DNA of 64,000 nucleotides from Scenedesmus sp. PABB004. Lineage: Eukaryota. Shown here piece after piece: positions 30,289 through 43,751 of the stretch. A program made the translations under genes and the position numbers. The stretch covers positions 2,046,001 through 2,110,000 of the forward strand of contig JABVCE010000002.1 of the NCBI GenBank assembly GCA_014905635.1, read 5' to 3'. The notes beneath the pieces are model-generated. The model saw only the letters and a list, made by a program, of their open reading frames with translations, was not told the origin of the DNA and made no database searches. The number at the start of each line of letters is the position of its first letter. The first letter of the stretch is position 1.

Positions 30289-30569
30289 CGCGGCGGCGTG
30301 CGCAGCAGCGGCACGGCGCGGCGCGGCCGGGTGCGGGTGTGGAGGCGCTCTCGCGCTGGCCGCGCCGCGGAGACGACGGTGAGGTCGGAGATGCTCTGGG
30401 GCGAGCTGGAGGGCTCCAGGGACAACGAACCGGAGGGCTGCTCACATGACACTCTCGGTCTTGCCGCAACGCGCTGCGCAGCCGGCCAGAAAGTGTTCAT
30501 TTCCTGTACTGTCGCTCGCGCCAGCTCCAGCGCCGTGAAGGGGCCCGCACGCGAGGTCCGCGCAGCTGC

Positions 30570-32853
30570 ATGCTCAGGGCGGCCGCGCTGGCCTCGCGCA
30601 GCATCGTCATGCAGGCCAGCTTCGCCGGCGCGCTCAATGCCGGCGCCCGCGCCCGCCTGGGCCGGGGCGCTGGCGGCCGGGCAGCAGCAGCAGCAGTCCT
30701 CCTGCCGCCGCGCCTGGCGCGCGGCTTCAGGTGCGCCGGCACCCCGGCAGGACCGCCGGGAGGACCTCACCGACCTGCTCGGCGGGGCGCCGCGGCCGGC
30801 GGCGCCGCCGCGCCGCCGCGCGGCGGCGCCCGACGACTGGCTGGCGGCTCGCGCCTCGCCCCGGCTCACCGCCGCGCGCGCGCCGCGCCGCAGGACCACC
30901 ATCGTCAACAGCCTACAAGCGGGCATCGTGGGCCTGCCCAACGTTGGCAAGGTGCGGCGGCGGCGCAGGCGACGGCCCCGGGCCGTGCCGCGCACGCCGC
31001 CGGGGCCTCGCGCACGCACGCGCGCCGCCGCCGCCGCCGCCGCGCAAGTCCACGCTCTTCAACGCCATCGTGGAGAACGGCAAGGCCGCGGCCGCCAACT
31101 TTCCGTTCTGCACGATCGAGCCCAACGTCGGCATCGTGACCGTGCCCGACCCGCGCCTCGCCGAGCTCAGCAGGATCAGCAAGTCGCGGGAAACGGTGCG
31201 CGGGGCGCGGCGCGGCGCGGCGCGGCGCGGCGGGGTGCCGGCGACGACGCCGGCGGCGGCTGCTGGCGCGCGCGCATGAGCGCTCACGCCGGCGGCGGCA
31301 CGCGCGCGCACGCGCAGCTGCCGACGACGGTCGAGTTTGTCGACATCGCCGGCCTCGTGCGCGGCGCGAGCAAGGGCGAGGGCCTGGGCAACAAATTCCT
31401 GGCCAACATCCGTGAGACCGACGCCGTCTGCCAGGCGCGCGCCGCGCCCCGCACGGCGCCGTCCGCCGCGCGCGCCGCACCCGCGCCTGCCGTCCGCCGC
31501 GCCCGCTCGCCGCCGCGGCCTCACCGACTGCTCTCTCTCTCGCCGCCGGCCCGCCGCCTTGCCGCCGCCCCGCCCTAGGTGGTGCGGTGCTTCGAGGACG
31601 ACGACATCGTGCACGTGAGCGGCAAGGTCGACCCGCTGGATGACATCGACGTCATTAACCTCGAGCTCGCGCTCGCCGACCTGGCGCAGATAGAGAAGCG
31701 CCTCGACCGCCTGCGCAAGGGTGCGCGCCAGCGGCGGCGGCGGCGCGCGCGCCGGCGGGCGCAGCGGCGCGCGGCGGCGGCGGTGGTGGGGGCGGCGGCG
31801 GCGCGCAGAGCGGCGGCGGTCGGCGCGCGGCGGTCGGCAGACGCGTGCGCGCGCGCCCGCGGCCCGCGGCGCCGCAGGCAAGAAGAGCAAGGAGGAGGCG
31901 GACAAGGCGGCGGTCGAGGAGGCGGCGCTGGCCAAGATCACGGTCTGCCTCGAGGCGGGCCGCGGCGCGCGCGCGGCCGACCTCACCGACGACGAGGCGC
32001 TGTGCGTGAAGGGCCTGGGCCTGCTGACGCTCAAGCCGCTCATCTATGCGGCCAACGTGAGCGAGGACGACCTCGGCAACCACGGCGCGGACAACGTGCA
32101 CGTGCAGGCACGGCGGCGCCGCGCGCGCGGCGGCAGGGGCGCCGGCGGCGGCAGGGGCGGCGGCGGCAGGGGCGGCGGCTGCGGCGGCAGGGACGCCGGC
32201 AGCTGCACGGTGGCGGCGCGGCGGCGCGGAGCCCCGGGCGCGCGTGCCCCGCTTGACCCGACGGCGGCCCCGCGCGCGCGCAGGCGCTGCGCAAGCGCGC
32301 TGCCGAGGAGGGGTGCGAGGTCGTGGTCGTGAGCGCCAAGGTCGAGGCGGAGCTCAACGGCATGCCGGCCGAGGAGGCGGCCGAGTGGCTGGACATGCTC
32401 GGCGTGCAGCCGGGCGAGGGCGGCGGCCTCGCCGCGCTCATCCGCGCGACGTACAAGACGCTCGGCCTGCAGACGTACTTCACCACCGGTGCGGCGGCGG
32501 TGGAGTTGCTTGCCGTTGCCGCCGGCGCCGGGCTCCGGGCAGAGCGGGCGCGGGGCGCGCCTTGTGCGCCGTGCGCCGGCCGCCGAGTCGCGCGCGCCGC
32601 CCGCCGCGCGGCCGCAGGCGAGAAGGAGACGCGCGCGTGGACCATCCGCGCGGGCATGACGGCCCCGCAGGCGGCGGGCGTCATCCACACCGACTTTGAG
32701 CGCGGCTTCATTCGCGCCGAGACGATCGGCTATGACGACTACCTCAAACACGGCGGCTACGGCGGCGCCAAGGAGGCGGGCGTGCTGCGGCTGGAGGGCA
32801 AGGAGTACGTGGTGAAGGAGGGCGACGTCATGCTGTTCCGCTTCAACGTGTAA
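30570..32853 (+). CDS. ychF: Ribosome-binding ATPase YchF/OLA1 (organellar, bacterial type)
   Basis: [80 protein letters not shown] and [19 protein letters not shown]. Confidence 0.97.
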
Positions 32854-33390
32854 GCGCAGACTCGCCCGCGACCGGCGGCGGCGGCGCGAGCAGCGGCGCG
32901 GGCCGGGTGCCGCACAGCCAGCCCGCCGGCGCGGGCATGTGGTGATTGTCAGGAGCGCGTTAGCGCGCGCCGGCGCCCTGCGTGAAGGCGCGGGCCACCT
33001 CAGCGGAGCTCACTGCGAAGTGGGCCATCTTCGCTCTCCGCGCACACGCAAACCTCACGGAGCGCGCCAGGCCTGCGCGGTCGGCAGGCCTCCCCGCTCG
33101 CGGAGGCCGTTCCCTCGCCCTCCCAGCCGGCGCAGGCCGCAGTGCGCGCGCCCAGCGACGCCCAGCCCAGGCCGCGTCGCCCCGCCCTGCGCCCGCCCGC
33201 CCCCGCCCACCGCCACAAAGACCCGCCGGCCCGATCAGCAGCCGGTGAATCCAAGGCCCGACTCCCTCGCCAGCGCACGCACCGCGACGCCCGTTGCGCG
33301 CGCCATTCCCTCGCGCCGGGACGCGCTCACCCGTGAGAGCCGCTCCCGCGCGGCCCGCACAGCCCCGGGCGAATCGAGCGGCGGCACACA

Positions 33391-36300
33391 ATGCGGCCCG
33401 CGGCGCTTCTGGCGCTGCTGGCGCTGCTGGTCGCCGTGGCGGCGCCCGGCGGCGCGCGCGCGCAGGCGCCGCCGCCGGAGCGCGACGCGGCGGCGTCGAG
33501 CCGGGCCAAGACGTTTTACGTCATGATCGTGCTGCGCTCGTCGTCCAACGTCTGCACCGGGCGCACCGCCACGCCGGCGGTGGTCGAGGCGCTCGTGAGC
33601 GGGCTGTCGGCCGTCGACGGCGTCGACAGCAAGAGCGCGTCCGCGCGCGTCGTGACCTGCTTCAAGACCACGCCGGCCAAGCGCGCGGAGGCCCAGGCCG
33701 CCGCCGGGGCGGCGCAGGCGGGGGCCGCGCCCGACGCGTTCCGGCTCATCCTGGAGCTCTCCTACACCGGCGCCGGCGCGGCGCGCGAGACCGTCATCGC
33801 GACGCTCAACTCCGACCGCCGCGGCGTGTGCGACCTCGGGGTCTGCAAGGCGCTCCGCGACGCGACCGGCGACGCCGCGATCGTCAGCGGCGCGCGCGCG
33901 TCGTACAAGATGTTCGCCCCGACCGGGCTCGACCCGGGTGCGCACAGCGAGCGCGCGCGTACTCAGCGCGTGCGCAGCGCGTGCGCGCGCAGCGGCCGCT
34001 GCCGGCATTCCAGCGGGCGCGGGCCCCGCCCGCGCGAGACGCTGGCCGGCCCGGGCCCCTGACCGCGCCGCGCCCGCCCCGCCCCGCAGCCACCACCTGC
34101 TTGACCGCGCCCGCGCCCCTGCCCAACGCCTTTGCCTGGCCCGACTCGTGCGCGGGCACGGCCAAGGGCGGATCCTGCGCGACGTCGTGCGTGCCCGGTT
34201 TCAGCGGCACCGTGGCCGCCACGTGCGCCGACCTCGGCGAGTGGACGGTGACGGGCTCGTGCGTGCAGGACACCTGCGCCACGCTGCCCGCGGCGAGCGC
34301 CGCGGTGCAGACCACGACGACGGGCTGGTCGCCGACCTGCGTCGGCGCGGTCATTGGCGCCGAGTGCCGCGCCGCCTGCGCGCCCGGCTTCACCGGCGGT
34401 CTCACCATCACCTGCGTGGCCAAGAACACCTGGTCCAACGAGACCGGCACGTGCGCGCCGATCACCTGCCCCGGCGCGCCCACGCCGGCGGCGCCGCTCA
34501 ACTCCGCCGGCTGGAACGCCTCGTGCGCCAACCTGCCGACCGGCCAGGCCTGCGCCGCGCCGTGCGCGGCCAACAGCGCGGGCGCGGGCTACACCGCGAC
34601 CTGCAACCTCGGCACGTGGGTGGTCACCGGCAACTGCACAGGTGAGGAGGGGCGGCGGCGGGGCTGCTGCACGGGCGCCCCTCCGGCGGCCGCGGCCGCG
34701 GCGCGGCGCGGCGCGGCGTGCCCGGGGCGCTCGCCGCCAACCGCGCCCCGCACGGCGCTCCGTGCCGCCCGCAGTCAAGACGTGCGCCTCGGCGCCGTCC
34801 AACGCGCTGGCAGCCAACAGCGCCGGCTTCAACGCCAGCTGCGCGGGCGCGGCGTTTGGCAGCGTGTGCACCGCGCCCTGCGCCGCCAACGCGGTCGGCA
34901 CCGGCTACTCGGCCACCTGCAACGACACCAACTCCTGGGCGCTGAGCGCGGGCGGCAACTGCACGCTCCGGCCGTGCGCCACGCCGCCGCCGCCTGCGCT
35001 GAACGCGCTGCCCTGGGGGAACGCCTCGGCGGGCGCCGCCTGCGCTGATGTGCCGTCCGGCGGCACGTGCACGGCGGCGTGCGTGGCGGCCAACGCAACG
35101 GGCGCGGGCTACACGGCCGTCTGCGTGGCGGGCAACTGGACGGTCGGCGGAAGCTGCTCAGTCAAGACGTGCGCCACGCCCCCCGCCAGCACCACGGCGC
35201 CCAACAGCCTGGGCTGGAACGCGACCGCGTGTACCAACCTCACCGTCGGCGGAGTGTGCCGTGCGTCGTGCAACGCTCGCTCCAACGGCACGGGCTACAA
35301 CGCGACCTGCAGCGACGTTAACACCTGGGCCATCACCGGCGGCTGCGCACGTGAGTTGTGGCGGGCCGCCTCGCCCGCTGCGCGACAGCCCCGCCGGCGG
35401 CCCGCGCTGACCCCGCGCCGTGCCGCCGCCGCCGCCGCCGTCGCCCTCCTTTGCTTGCCTGCGCAGTCAACGTGTGCGGCGGCCTGCCCCCCAACGTCTC
35501 CACGGTGGTGCCGCCGAGCGCTGCCCTGACCTCCGGGTGGAACGCGAGCTGCGCGGGCGCGCTGCCGGGCACGGTGTGCCGCGCGGCCTGCTTTGCCAAC
35601 TCGACGGGGCCCGGCTTTGAGTCAACCTGCGCCGAGACCGGGGCCTGGGCCAACGTCACGGGCTTCTGCCAGAGTGCGCGCGCGCCGGCGGCGCCCCGCG
35701 CGGCGCCGCACCCTCGGCGCCACCGCCCGCCGCCCGCGCTCACGCCGCGCTCGCCGCCGCGCCGCGCGCGACCCGCAGTCAAGCGCTGCGCCGGCCTGCC
35801 GCTCGAGCAGGCGGCCGGCGCGGCCTGGCCCGCCTCGTGCGCCGACGCGCCCGTCGGCGGGACCTGCTCCACCCTCTGCAGCGCCAATGGCACGGGGCCT
35901 GGCTTCCAGGCCGTGTGCGCGGACGGCAACTGGACCGCCGCGGTGCCGGCGGGCAGCAACGTCACCATCGGCGGCGCCACGAACAAGGTCACCGTGGGCG
36001 GCACCGCGGGGTTCACGCTGCAGTGGGGCAACTGGACGGTCACCGGCTCCTGCGGCGGTGAGCCGGCAGCACGCACGGCGCTCTGCCGGCGCTCAGCGAG
36101 CGGCACGCCGCTTGGCGGCAAGCCACCCGCCCCGCCGCGGTGCCCTGAGCGCCACCGCACGCCGCCGCGCCTCTGCCCGCAGTCAAGCAGTGCCCCGGCC
36201 TGCCGCCCGCCCAGCCGCTCACCGACGGCTTCAGCGCGAGCTGCACCAACGCCACCCTGGGCGCGCTGTGCACCGCGCCCTGCGCCGCCAACAGCACTGG

Positions 36301-39300
36301 CCCCGGCTTCTCGGCGCAGTGCGTGAACAACGCCAGCGCAGCGACCGGCAGCTGGACGCTGAGCGGCGCGTGCGAGCGTGAGTGCGCCTGCGCCGCGGCG
36401 CGGCGGCGGCCCTCCCGCTCTAGCCCGGGCGGGCGGCCTCGGCGCTGCCATGCCGCGGCACCCTCACCGCTCGACTGCCGCTCGCCTGGCGCCTCCCGCA
36501 GTCAAGCGCTGCGCTGGCCTGCCCAGCATGACTGGCGTGACGCTTGCCAACAGCACGTGGAGCGCAAACTGCACCGCCAACGCCACGCACGGCAGCAGCT
36601 GCAGCCTCAGCTGCGGCTCGTCCGCCACCGGCGGCTACACCGCGACATGCAGCCAGACCAGCTGGCAGGTGTCCGGAGCGTGCGCACGTGAGCCTGCGGC
36701 GCGGGGGGGGGGGGGGGGGGGCGCTAGCCGGCGGGGCGGCGGGGCCTGCTGCGGCCGTTGGGCGTCGTCGCCCGCTGAACTGCTGCCGTGCTGCTGCGCC
36801 GCTCTCGCAGTCAAGCGCTGCGCGGGGCTGCCGCCGGCCAACCTCACCAACATCCAGCCCAGCGGCTGGAGCACGGCCTGCGCCAATGCCGAGCATGGCG
36901 CCGAGTGCTTCACGGGCTGCTCCACCATTGCCACGGGCGGCTACAGCTCGACGTGCTTTGAGGGCGCCTGGGTCGTGAGCCCCAACGCCACCTGCGCACG
37001 TGGGTGGCGGCCACGCAGGCTGCGCCCCCCAGCCCCGCACTGTGGCCGGCCGCGCTGGCGGCGCTGCCGTGGCTGCCGTGCCGCGAGCGGCCCGCGGCAG
37101 CCGGCTGCCAGGTCTACTCACCGCGCCGCTGCTGCCCCGACGCAGTCAAGACGTGCTTCGGCCTGCCGGCGACTACGACGCTGATGGCCACAGACTGGAC
37201 CGACACCAACTGCTCAGCCAACGTGCCGCACGGCACCCTCTGCGGCATGGCGTGCGCGCCGAGCGCGACCGGCAGCATCTCTGCCCTGTGCTCACAGGGC
37301 GCGTGGGCAGTGTCCAACACCTGCAGGCTCAAGCAGTGCCCGGGCCTGCCGCCCGCCAACCTGGCCAGCATCGACGCCGCCGGCTGGCCCGCCAGCTGCG
37401 CCAACGCGACCCACGGCGCCGCCTGCAGTGCCAACTGCTCGGCCAACGCCACGGGCGGGTACTCCGCAACCTGCTTCGAGGGCGCCTGGCGCGTGGCCAA
37501 CACCACGACCTGCGAGCGTGAGTGCACGCGCCGCGCCACGCGGGCCCGCCCGGCGCGTGTCGCGTGTTGCACGCGCTGCCGGCGGCAAGCCGCGCCCCTC
37601 TGCCGCTGGCTGACCCTGCTGTTGCTGCTCCTGCCGCTGCCGCTGCGCGTGTGCTTGCAGTGCGGCGGTGCACGGGGCTTCCCCCGAGCCAGGCGCTGGC
37701 TGACAGCGCCTGGAACGCCAGCTGCGCCGGGGCGACGCATGGCAGTACGTGCTCCCTGGCCTGCAGCTCGGCTGCGACGGGCATCTACACCGCTGCCTGC
37801 AGCGCTGGCAACTGGACTCTGACGAGCACGTGCCAGCGTGAGTGGCTGAGGCAGAGGAGCAGCCAGCGCTTGGCTGCCCCGCAGTGGGCGCAGGCCGTCG
37901 CCCACCCGCTACGCCCGCTCTCGCAGTCAAGCGCTGCACGGGGCTGCCGCCGGCCAACCTGACCCTGATCCAACCGAGCGGCTGGAACGCCAGCTGCGCC
38001 AACACCACGCACGGCAGCAGCTGCAGCGCTGGCTGCTCCTCTCTCGCCACGGGCGGCTACACCGCAACGTGCTTTGAGGGCGCCTGGATCGTGAGCCCCA
38101 ACGCCACCTGCGAGTGTGAGTGGTCGCTGCTGCTGCGGCTCATCCATGCTGCTGGCCGCGGCGTGCAGCAAGCAGCTGCTGCGACTGACGCGCTCAACCC
38201 ATGCGCGGCCGCCCGCCCTCGCAGTCAAGCGCTGTGTGGGACAGCCGACCGCCAACCTGACCAATGCTCTCGCCAGCGGCTGGAGCGCAGACTGCACCAA
38301 CGCGACACACGGCAGCAACTGCACCCTCGACTGCGCGTCATCGGCGACCGGCGGCTACACCGCGACATGCAGCCAGACCAGCTGGCAGGTGTCCGGAGCG
38401 TGCGCACGTGAGCCTGCGGCGCGGGGGGGGGGGGGGGGGGCGCTAGCCGGCGGGGCGGCGGGGTCTGGTGCGGCCGTTGGGCGTCGTCGCCCGCTGAGCT
38501 GCTGCCGTGCTGCCGCGCCACTCTCGCAGTCAAGCGCTGCGCGGGGCTGCCGCCGGCCAACCTGACCAACATCCAGCCCAGCGGCTGGAACGCGAGCTGC
38601 GCCAACGCCACGCACGGCAGCAGCTGCAGCACTGCCTGCTCCTCCGTTGCCACGGGCGGCTACAGCGCGACGTGCTTCGAGGGCGCCTGGGTCGTGAGCC
38701 CCAACGCCACCTGCGAGTGTGAGTGCCCGGCTGCTGCCGAAGCCATGCTGCTGGCCGCGGCGCGCTAGGACTGCAGCAAGCAGCTGCTGCAACTGACGCG
38801 CTCGACTGGCGGTCGCCCGCCCTCGCAGTCAAGCGCTGCGCGGGGCTGCCGACCACCACCAACCTGACCAACGCTCTCGCCGGCGGCTGGAGCGCAAACT
38901 GCACCAACGCAACGCACGGCAGCAACTGCACCCTCGACTGCGCGCAGAACTCCATCGGACTCTACACAGCGAGCTGCGTGGGGGGCACCTGGAGCGTCAC
39001 CGGCACGTGCCAGCGTGAGTTGTGGGCGCTGGCTTCGGGCGCGGCGCGAACCCGCGGCGCCGCGCGCTGGGCGCGCGCTGACCCGGCGACCGCCTGCCGC
39101 CCGCTGGCCGCCCTGCCCGCGCGCGCGCGCAGTGCGGCGCTGCGTCGGCGCGCCTACGGCCAGCCAGCCGCTCCTCACCGTGTCCAACTGGGCCGCCAAC
39201 TGCACCAACGCCACGGCGGGCAGCACCTGCAGCATCGCCTGCGCGGCCGCCAACGCGACCGGCCCCGGCTACGCTGCTTCCTGCGTCGACGGCAACTGGG

Positions 39301-40984
39301 CAGTCAGCGGCAACTGCTCGCTCAAGACCTGCGCGGGCGCGCCGCCGCTGCAGGACTTCACCACGGGCTGGGGCAGCTGCAGCGACCGCCTCGTGGGCGC
39401 CAGCTGTAGCGCCACCTGCGATGACACCACCGCGTATGGCGGCGGCTTTGTCGCGTCCTGCAACGACGGAAACTGGACCATCGCGGCCGCCCCCGGGGCG
39501 GGCAACGTGACGTGGGGCTGCGCCCGTGAGTCGCGCCGCGCGGCTGCGCAGCGCACGGCCGCGCGCGCGAGCGGGCGCTGGCGCGCGCCCCCGCCCCTCG
39601 CGCCCGCCCACCCACCCGCCGCCGCCGCTCGGCCGCCGCGCTGCGAGCAGGCAAGCGCTGCGGCGCGCTGCCGTCGTCGCCCGCGCTCTCGGCGGGCTGG
39701 CTGTCGACGTGCGTCAACATGACGGTCGGCCAGCAGTGCCGCGCGCTGTGCGACGGCGACTCGTGGGGCAACGGCTTCACCACCGTCTGCACCAACACGC
39801 CCGGCGCGCCCTCGGGCTCCTGGAGCGCGGCCAACGGCACCTGCACGGCGCGCACGTGCAGGGGCACGCCGGCGGCGCAGGCCAACTCGCTGGGCTGGGA
39901 CCCCGAGGCGTGCGCGGGCAACGTGGCCGGCGTGACCTGCTTCTCGCGCTGCACCGACAACGCCACCAACCCGACGTCGGGCTCGGTTGAGGGCTACACC
40001 GCGGAGTGCAAGCAGGAGGCCGGCACCGGCTACTGGGCGGTCTGGGGCAGCTGCACACCCTTCCGCTGCACCACCACGCCCGCGCTGCCCGAGGGCGGCC
40101 TCGGCTGGAACGCGAGCTGCACCACCAACGCGACGCACGGCACCATCTGCGCCGCGCCCTGCAACAGCGCGATCTTTGCAGGCTCCGGCTACTTTGCCGA
40201 GTGCCGATTTGGCTACTGGGCGACCTGGGGCGCGTGCACGGCGCGCAAGTGCCCCGGCCTGCCAGCAAACGGCGTGGCGCCGACCTACTCGGCAGGCTGG
40301 CAGCCCACGTGCGCCGACGCGGCGGTCGGCACGGTGTGCACCGCGCTGTGCGACACGGCGACCACCAACGGTGGCGCCGCAGCGTCGACGTGCCTCGCCG
40401 CCAACACCACGAGCGGCGGCGCCTGGAGCAACGTGACGGGCGTCGGCGGGCTCACCAACGTCACCTCGTGCGACCGTGCGTGACCGCGCGCTGCGCCGCC
40501 CGCCCCGCCCCGCCCCGCGCCGGCCGCGCGGCGCACCGAGCCGCCCCCGCCGCCCCCGTGCGCAGGCAAGCGCTGCAAGGCCGCGCCGCTGCCGGCGTAC
40601 ACGGCGACCGACAGCGAGTTTGGCAACTGGACGGGCTGCGCGGGCCTGCTGCTGAACCAGACCTGCACCGGCAGCTGCGTCGCCAACGCGATCGGCGCCC
40701 CGAGCTACACGGCGCGCTGCATCGACGCCGGCGTCAACGCGACCTACGACGTCTGGGAGACCAGCGGCGCCTGCGTGCTCACCTGCCCCGCGGCGGCGCT
40801 GCCGGCGGCGTCCGCCACGCTGCTGCTCAACACCACGGCGGCGGGCTGGTCCGTCAACTGCGTGCTCACGTCAGCTGGCAGCACCTGCTCCGCGCCCTGC
40901 GCGGCCGGCAAGGTCGGCGGCTATACGATCCAGTGCGGCAGCACAGGCGTGTGGGGGACCCCGACCGGCACGCAGTGCGTCTGA
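33391..40984 (+). CDS. Large secreted glycoprotein with about 26 tandem six-cysteine Sushi/CCP-like modules
   Basis: Signal peptide MRPAALLALLALLVAVAA, then about 17 exons. Module consensus K.C.GLP...W.a.C.n.thG..C...C....tG.y.atC..g.W.v.g.C. Many N-x-S/T sequons; no C-terminal TM segment. Confidence 0.85.
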
Positions 40985-41392
40985 TCGCGCGGCCGGCGAT
41001 CACGCAGCGGCCCGGCCCGGCCCTGCAGCCGCGCGCGGCGCGCCCGTTGCCGGACGCCGCCGCGCCAGCCGAGGAATTCGTGGCGCCTGCAAACTCCACT
41101 GATATCTTCTTCTCTCTTGTTCTTGTGAGCCCTTCACTGGCGCTGGGGGTGGGGCGGGGGCTGGCGCGCAGGGAGTGTAGTGTGAACAGAGCGCGAGCTC
41201 CTGCCTGCCATTGGTGTGCTGCGCGGCCGGCATTCCTTGCCTGCGCCACTGGTGGCCTGGCAGAGCACTGGGTTCAGGCAGAGCACTGCCCGCACGCGCC
41301 GCGCTCATTGCATCGCTGCATTCTTTAAACTCGAACTGCACCGATTTCGTGTCTAACGGCGCGTGTGTAAGACTTACAGTTGGCCCCACGCC

Positions 41393-42500
41393 TCACTGCA
41401 GCATGCGCAGGCCCAGCGGCCCCGCCACCAGGCTGGCCCAGCCCCGCATGTAGGCCAGCAGCGCCGCGTCGGTGGCGCCCGCCGCCTGTGCCATCGCTGG
41501 CGCTGCTGCTGCCGATCCTTCTGCGCCGTCGCCTCCGGCCGCGCCGTCGCCCGCCGCGCACTGCAGGAGCAGCTCCATGCGCGCGGCCGTCTGGCAGGGG
41601 TGCAGCATGAGGCAGGGCGCGCGCAGCAGCGGGTGCTCCTGCAGCGCCGCGGCGGCGGCGGCGGCGGCAGGTTGCGGCGGCGACCAGCCGGGGGCGCGGG
41701 CGCGGGCGCGGCTGCAGCTGCGACACCGCGCGCGCGGCGCGCGCACCACTGGCGTGAGGAAGGTCCAATCCTCCGCCCCCGGGTCCTGATACCGCGCCAG
41801 GCCCGGCAGCGCCGCGAGCAGCTCCCGCGCGCACAGCGCCGCGCCGTCTGCGCGCAGCGGCGCGGCGGGCGGCGGCCCCGCGTGAGCCGGCGGCCGGCGC
41901 GCCGGCCGCCCCCGCCCGGCCCCGCCCTGCGCTCGCCGGGAGAGCGGCGCTCGGCGCGTGGCGGCCCAGGCGCACCTGGCGGGCAGGCCCTGATGTACGC
42001 GGCCGGCACGCGGTAGGTGGGGTGGTGGGCGACGCTGCACTCGAGCAGCAGCAGCTGCTGCTGCGGCGGTGGCGGCGGGAGCAGCGCCGCCTCGTCGTCC
42101 TCCTGCGCCTGCTCTGCCAGCTCCAGCCCGACGGCGCGGGCCGGGGCGACTGCGTGCGCCGCCGCCGCCGCCGCCGCCACCGCCTCGTCGTGGGCGCGGC
42201 CGGGCTGCTGCTGGCCTGCGCGCGGCGCGGCCAGCACGGCGCGCTGCAGCACGGCAAACTCGACTGCCTGCGCAGCCGGCGGCGGCGGCGGCGGCGCGCT
42301 CGGCGGCCGCCGGCGCGGCGCGCCTCGCACGCCGCAGCCCCGGCGCAGCCCGCGCCCGCTGCGCGCCGCACCTCGCCCGTGACCGGCAGCGCCGCCGACC
42401 GCACGCTCCAGGCGGGCAGGTGGGGGCAGGCGTCTGCCCACCACCGCGCCAGCAGGTGCAGGCCGCGGCGAAACTCATCGTAGCTCAGCTGCCCGGCCAT
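41393..42500 (-). CDS. ATG10: Ubiquitin-like conjugating enzyme ATG10
   Basis: LSYDEF, HHPTYRVPAAY, FLTPV|EHPLL...LHPCQTA (catalytic Cys) and YMRGWASLVAGPLGL. Confidence 0.88.
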
Positions 42501-42792
42501 GTGCCCCGCGCCTGGCAGCGCCGATTTTCACGCGCGTCCTAACTCGCCCCCCGCCGCTGCGGCGGGCGCGGCCAAATCCTCGGTGCCGGCAGGGGCAAGC
42601 AAAAGAAGAAGGGCTGCCAGGTTGGTGTCCTTGGGTCGGTCTCAGTCCACGCACGCGCGGCCACACGCACACTCGCTGCTCCGTGAGTCAGACGCCAGGT
42701 CGCTATGATACAGGTCAGCCCAGCCGGCGCAGCCGCGGCGCGCCGGGTGCCGCCGCTTGCGCAGCGGCGGCGGCCGCGCGCCCTGCGCGCGC

Positions 42793-43377
42793 TCACGCCC
42801 AGCCCACGGCCTCGAAGAGCGGGCGCAGGAGCGCCACGCGCTTCACCAGCACGCCCACGACGAGCGTGAGCGCGGCGTCAAAGATGATCCACTTGAGCCA
42901 GGGCGCAAACTCCTGCGCGCGGCGCGCGGTTCGCGTGCACGTCGGCTGCAGCAGCAGCGGTTGCGCGCTGGCAACCGCCACCGCCGGCGGCCGCAGGCCG
43001 GACGCGGCCCGCAGCACCCCCGTTGCCCCGCAGGAGCTGCCGGGCTGGCAGCCGGGGGCGCGCCGGGGGCGTGCCGCTGCCCCTGGGGCGCGCCGCACCT
43101 CGAGGAGCTCCTCGATGGCCGCCCACAGCCAGCGCCGGAGCCGGGCGTACGCGGCCCGCAGCGTGTCCAGGTGCGCCTCGACCGCCTTGCTCGCCTGCAG
43201 GCGCCGCACGGTCTCGCGCGCGTGCTGCACGACGGCCGCCCCCGCGTGCTCCACAACGGCGCGCAGCTGCGGCGGCTCCTCCTGCGCCGCCGGTGGCGAT
43301 GCAGGCTCCGTCTCGCCCGCGACCTGGGCCTTCTCCGGCGCCGCCGCCTGCTCGGGGGCGGCCGCGAGCAGGGCCAT
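42793..43377 (-). CDS. Small hypothetical protein with a C-terminal hydrophobic segment
   Basis: Two exons: MALLAAAPEQ...WLWAAIEELLE|EFAPWLKWIIFDAALTLVVGVLVKRVALLRPLFEAVGWA*. Confidence 0.6.
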   Translation of the reverse strand: MALLAAAPEQAAAPEKAQVAGETEPASPPAAQEEPPQLRAVVEHAGAAVVQHARETVRRLQASKAVEAHLDTLRAAYARLRRWLWAAIEELLEVRRAPGAAARPRRAPGCQPGSSCGATGVLRAASGLRPPAVAVASAQPLLLQPTCTRTARRAQEFAPWLKWIIFDAALTLVVGVLVKRVALLRPLFEAVGWA

Positions 43378-43751
43378 CGAACTGCTGCTGCTGCGAGCGC
43401 TGGCGGCCTGGCGCTGCCTGGGCGTGGGTGTGTGTGCACCCGCTCCCGGCCCGCGCAGACGTGGCGGCGGTTGAGCTGGGCGGCGGCGCAGCGGCGCAGC
43501 CGGCGAGGTTTTTCGGCGGCGGGCAGCAGGCGCTGCCGGCGCGCCCACCTCCGCTCGGCCGTCGCCCTTGGGGGTCACCTCTCGCCGTGCGACACGCCCG
43601 CCGCACCGCCCGCGATCCGCACCGCCGCCGGCAGTTGCTGCTGCCGCTGCACGCTGCCGCCCCGCCCACGCGATCGGCCGCGCCCTGCACCCGGCCGCGC
43701 CCTGCACCCCTCGCTGCAAGCACGCGTCCGCGCCCGCGGCAGGCAGCAGGC

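Noticed and set aside
34090..40984. Regular repeats with spacers resembling a CRISPR array or satellite
   Set aside because: The repeats are protein-coding Cys modules separated by spliceosomal introns. The context is eukaryotic and no cas genes are present.
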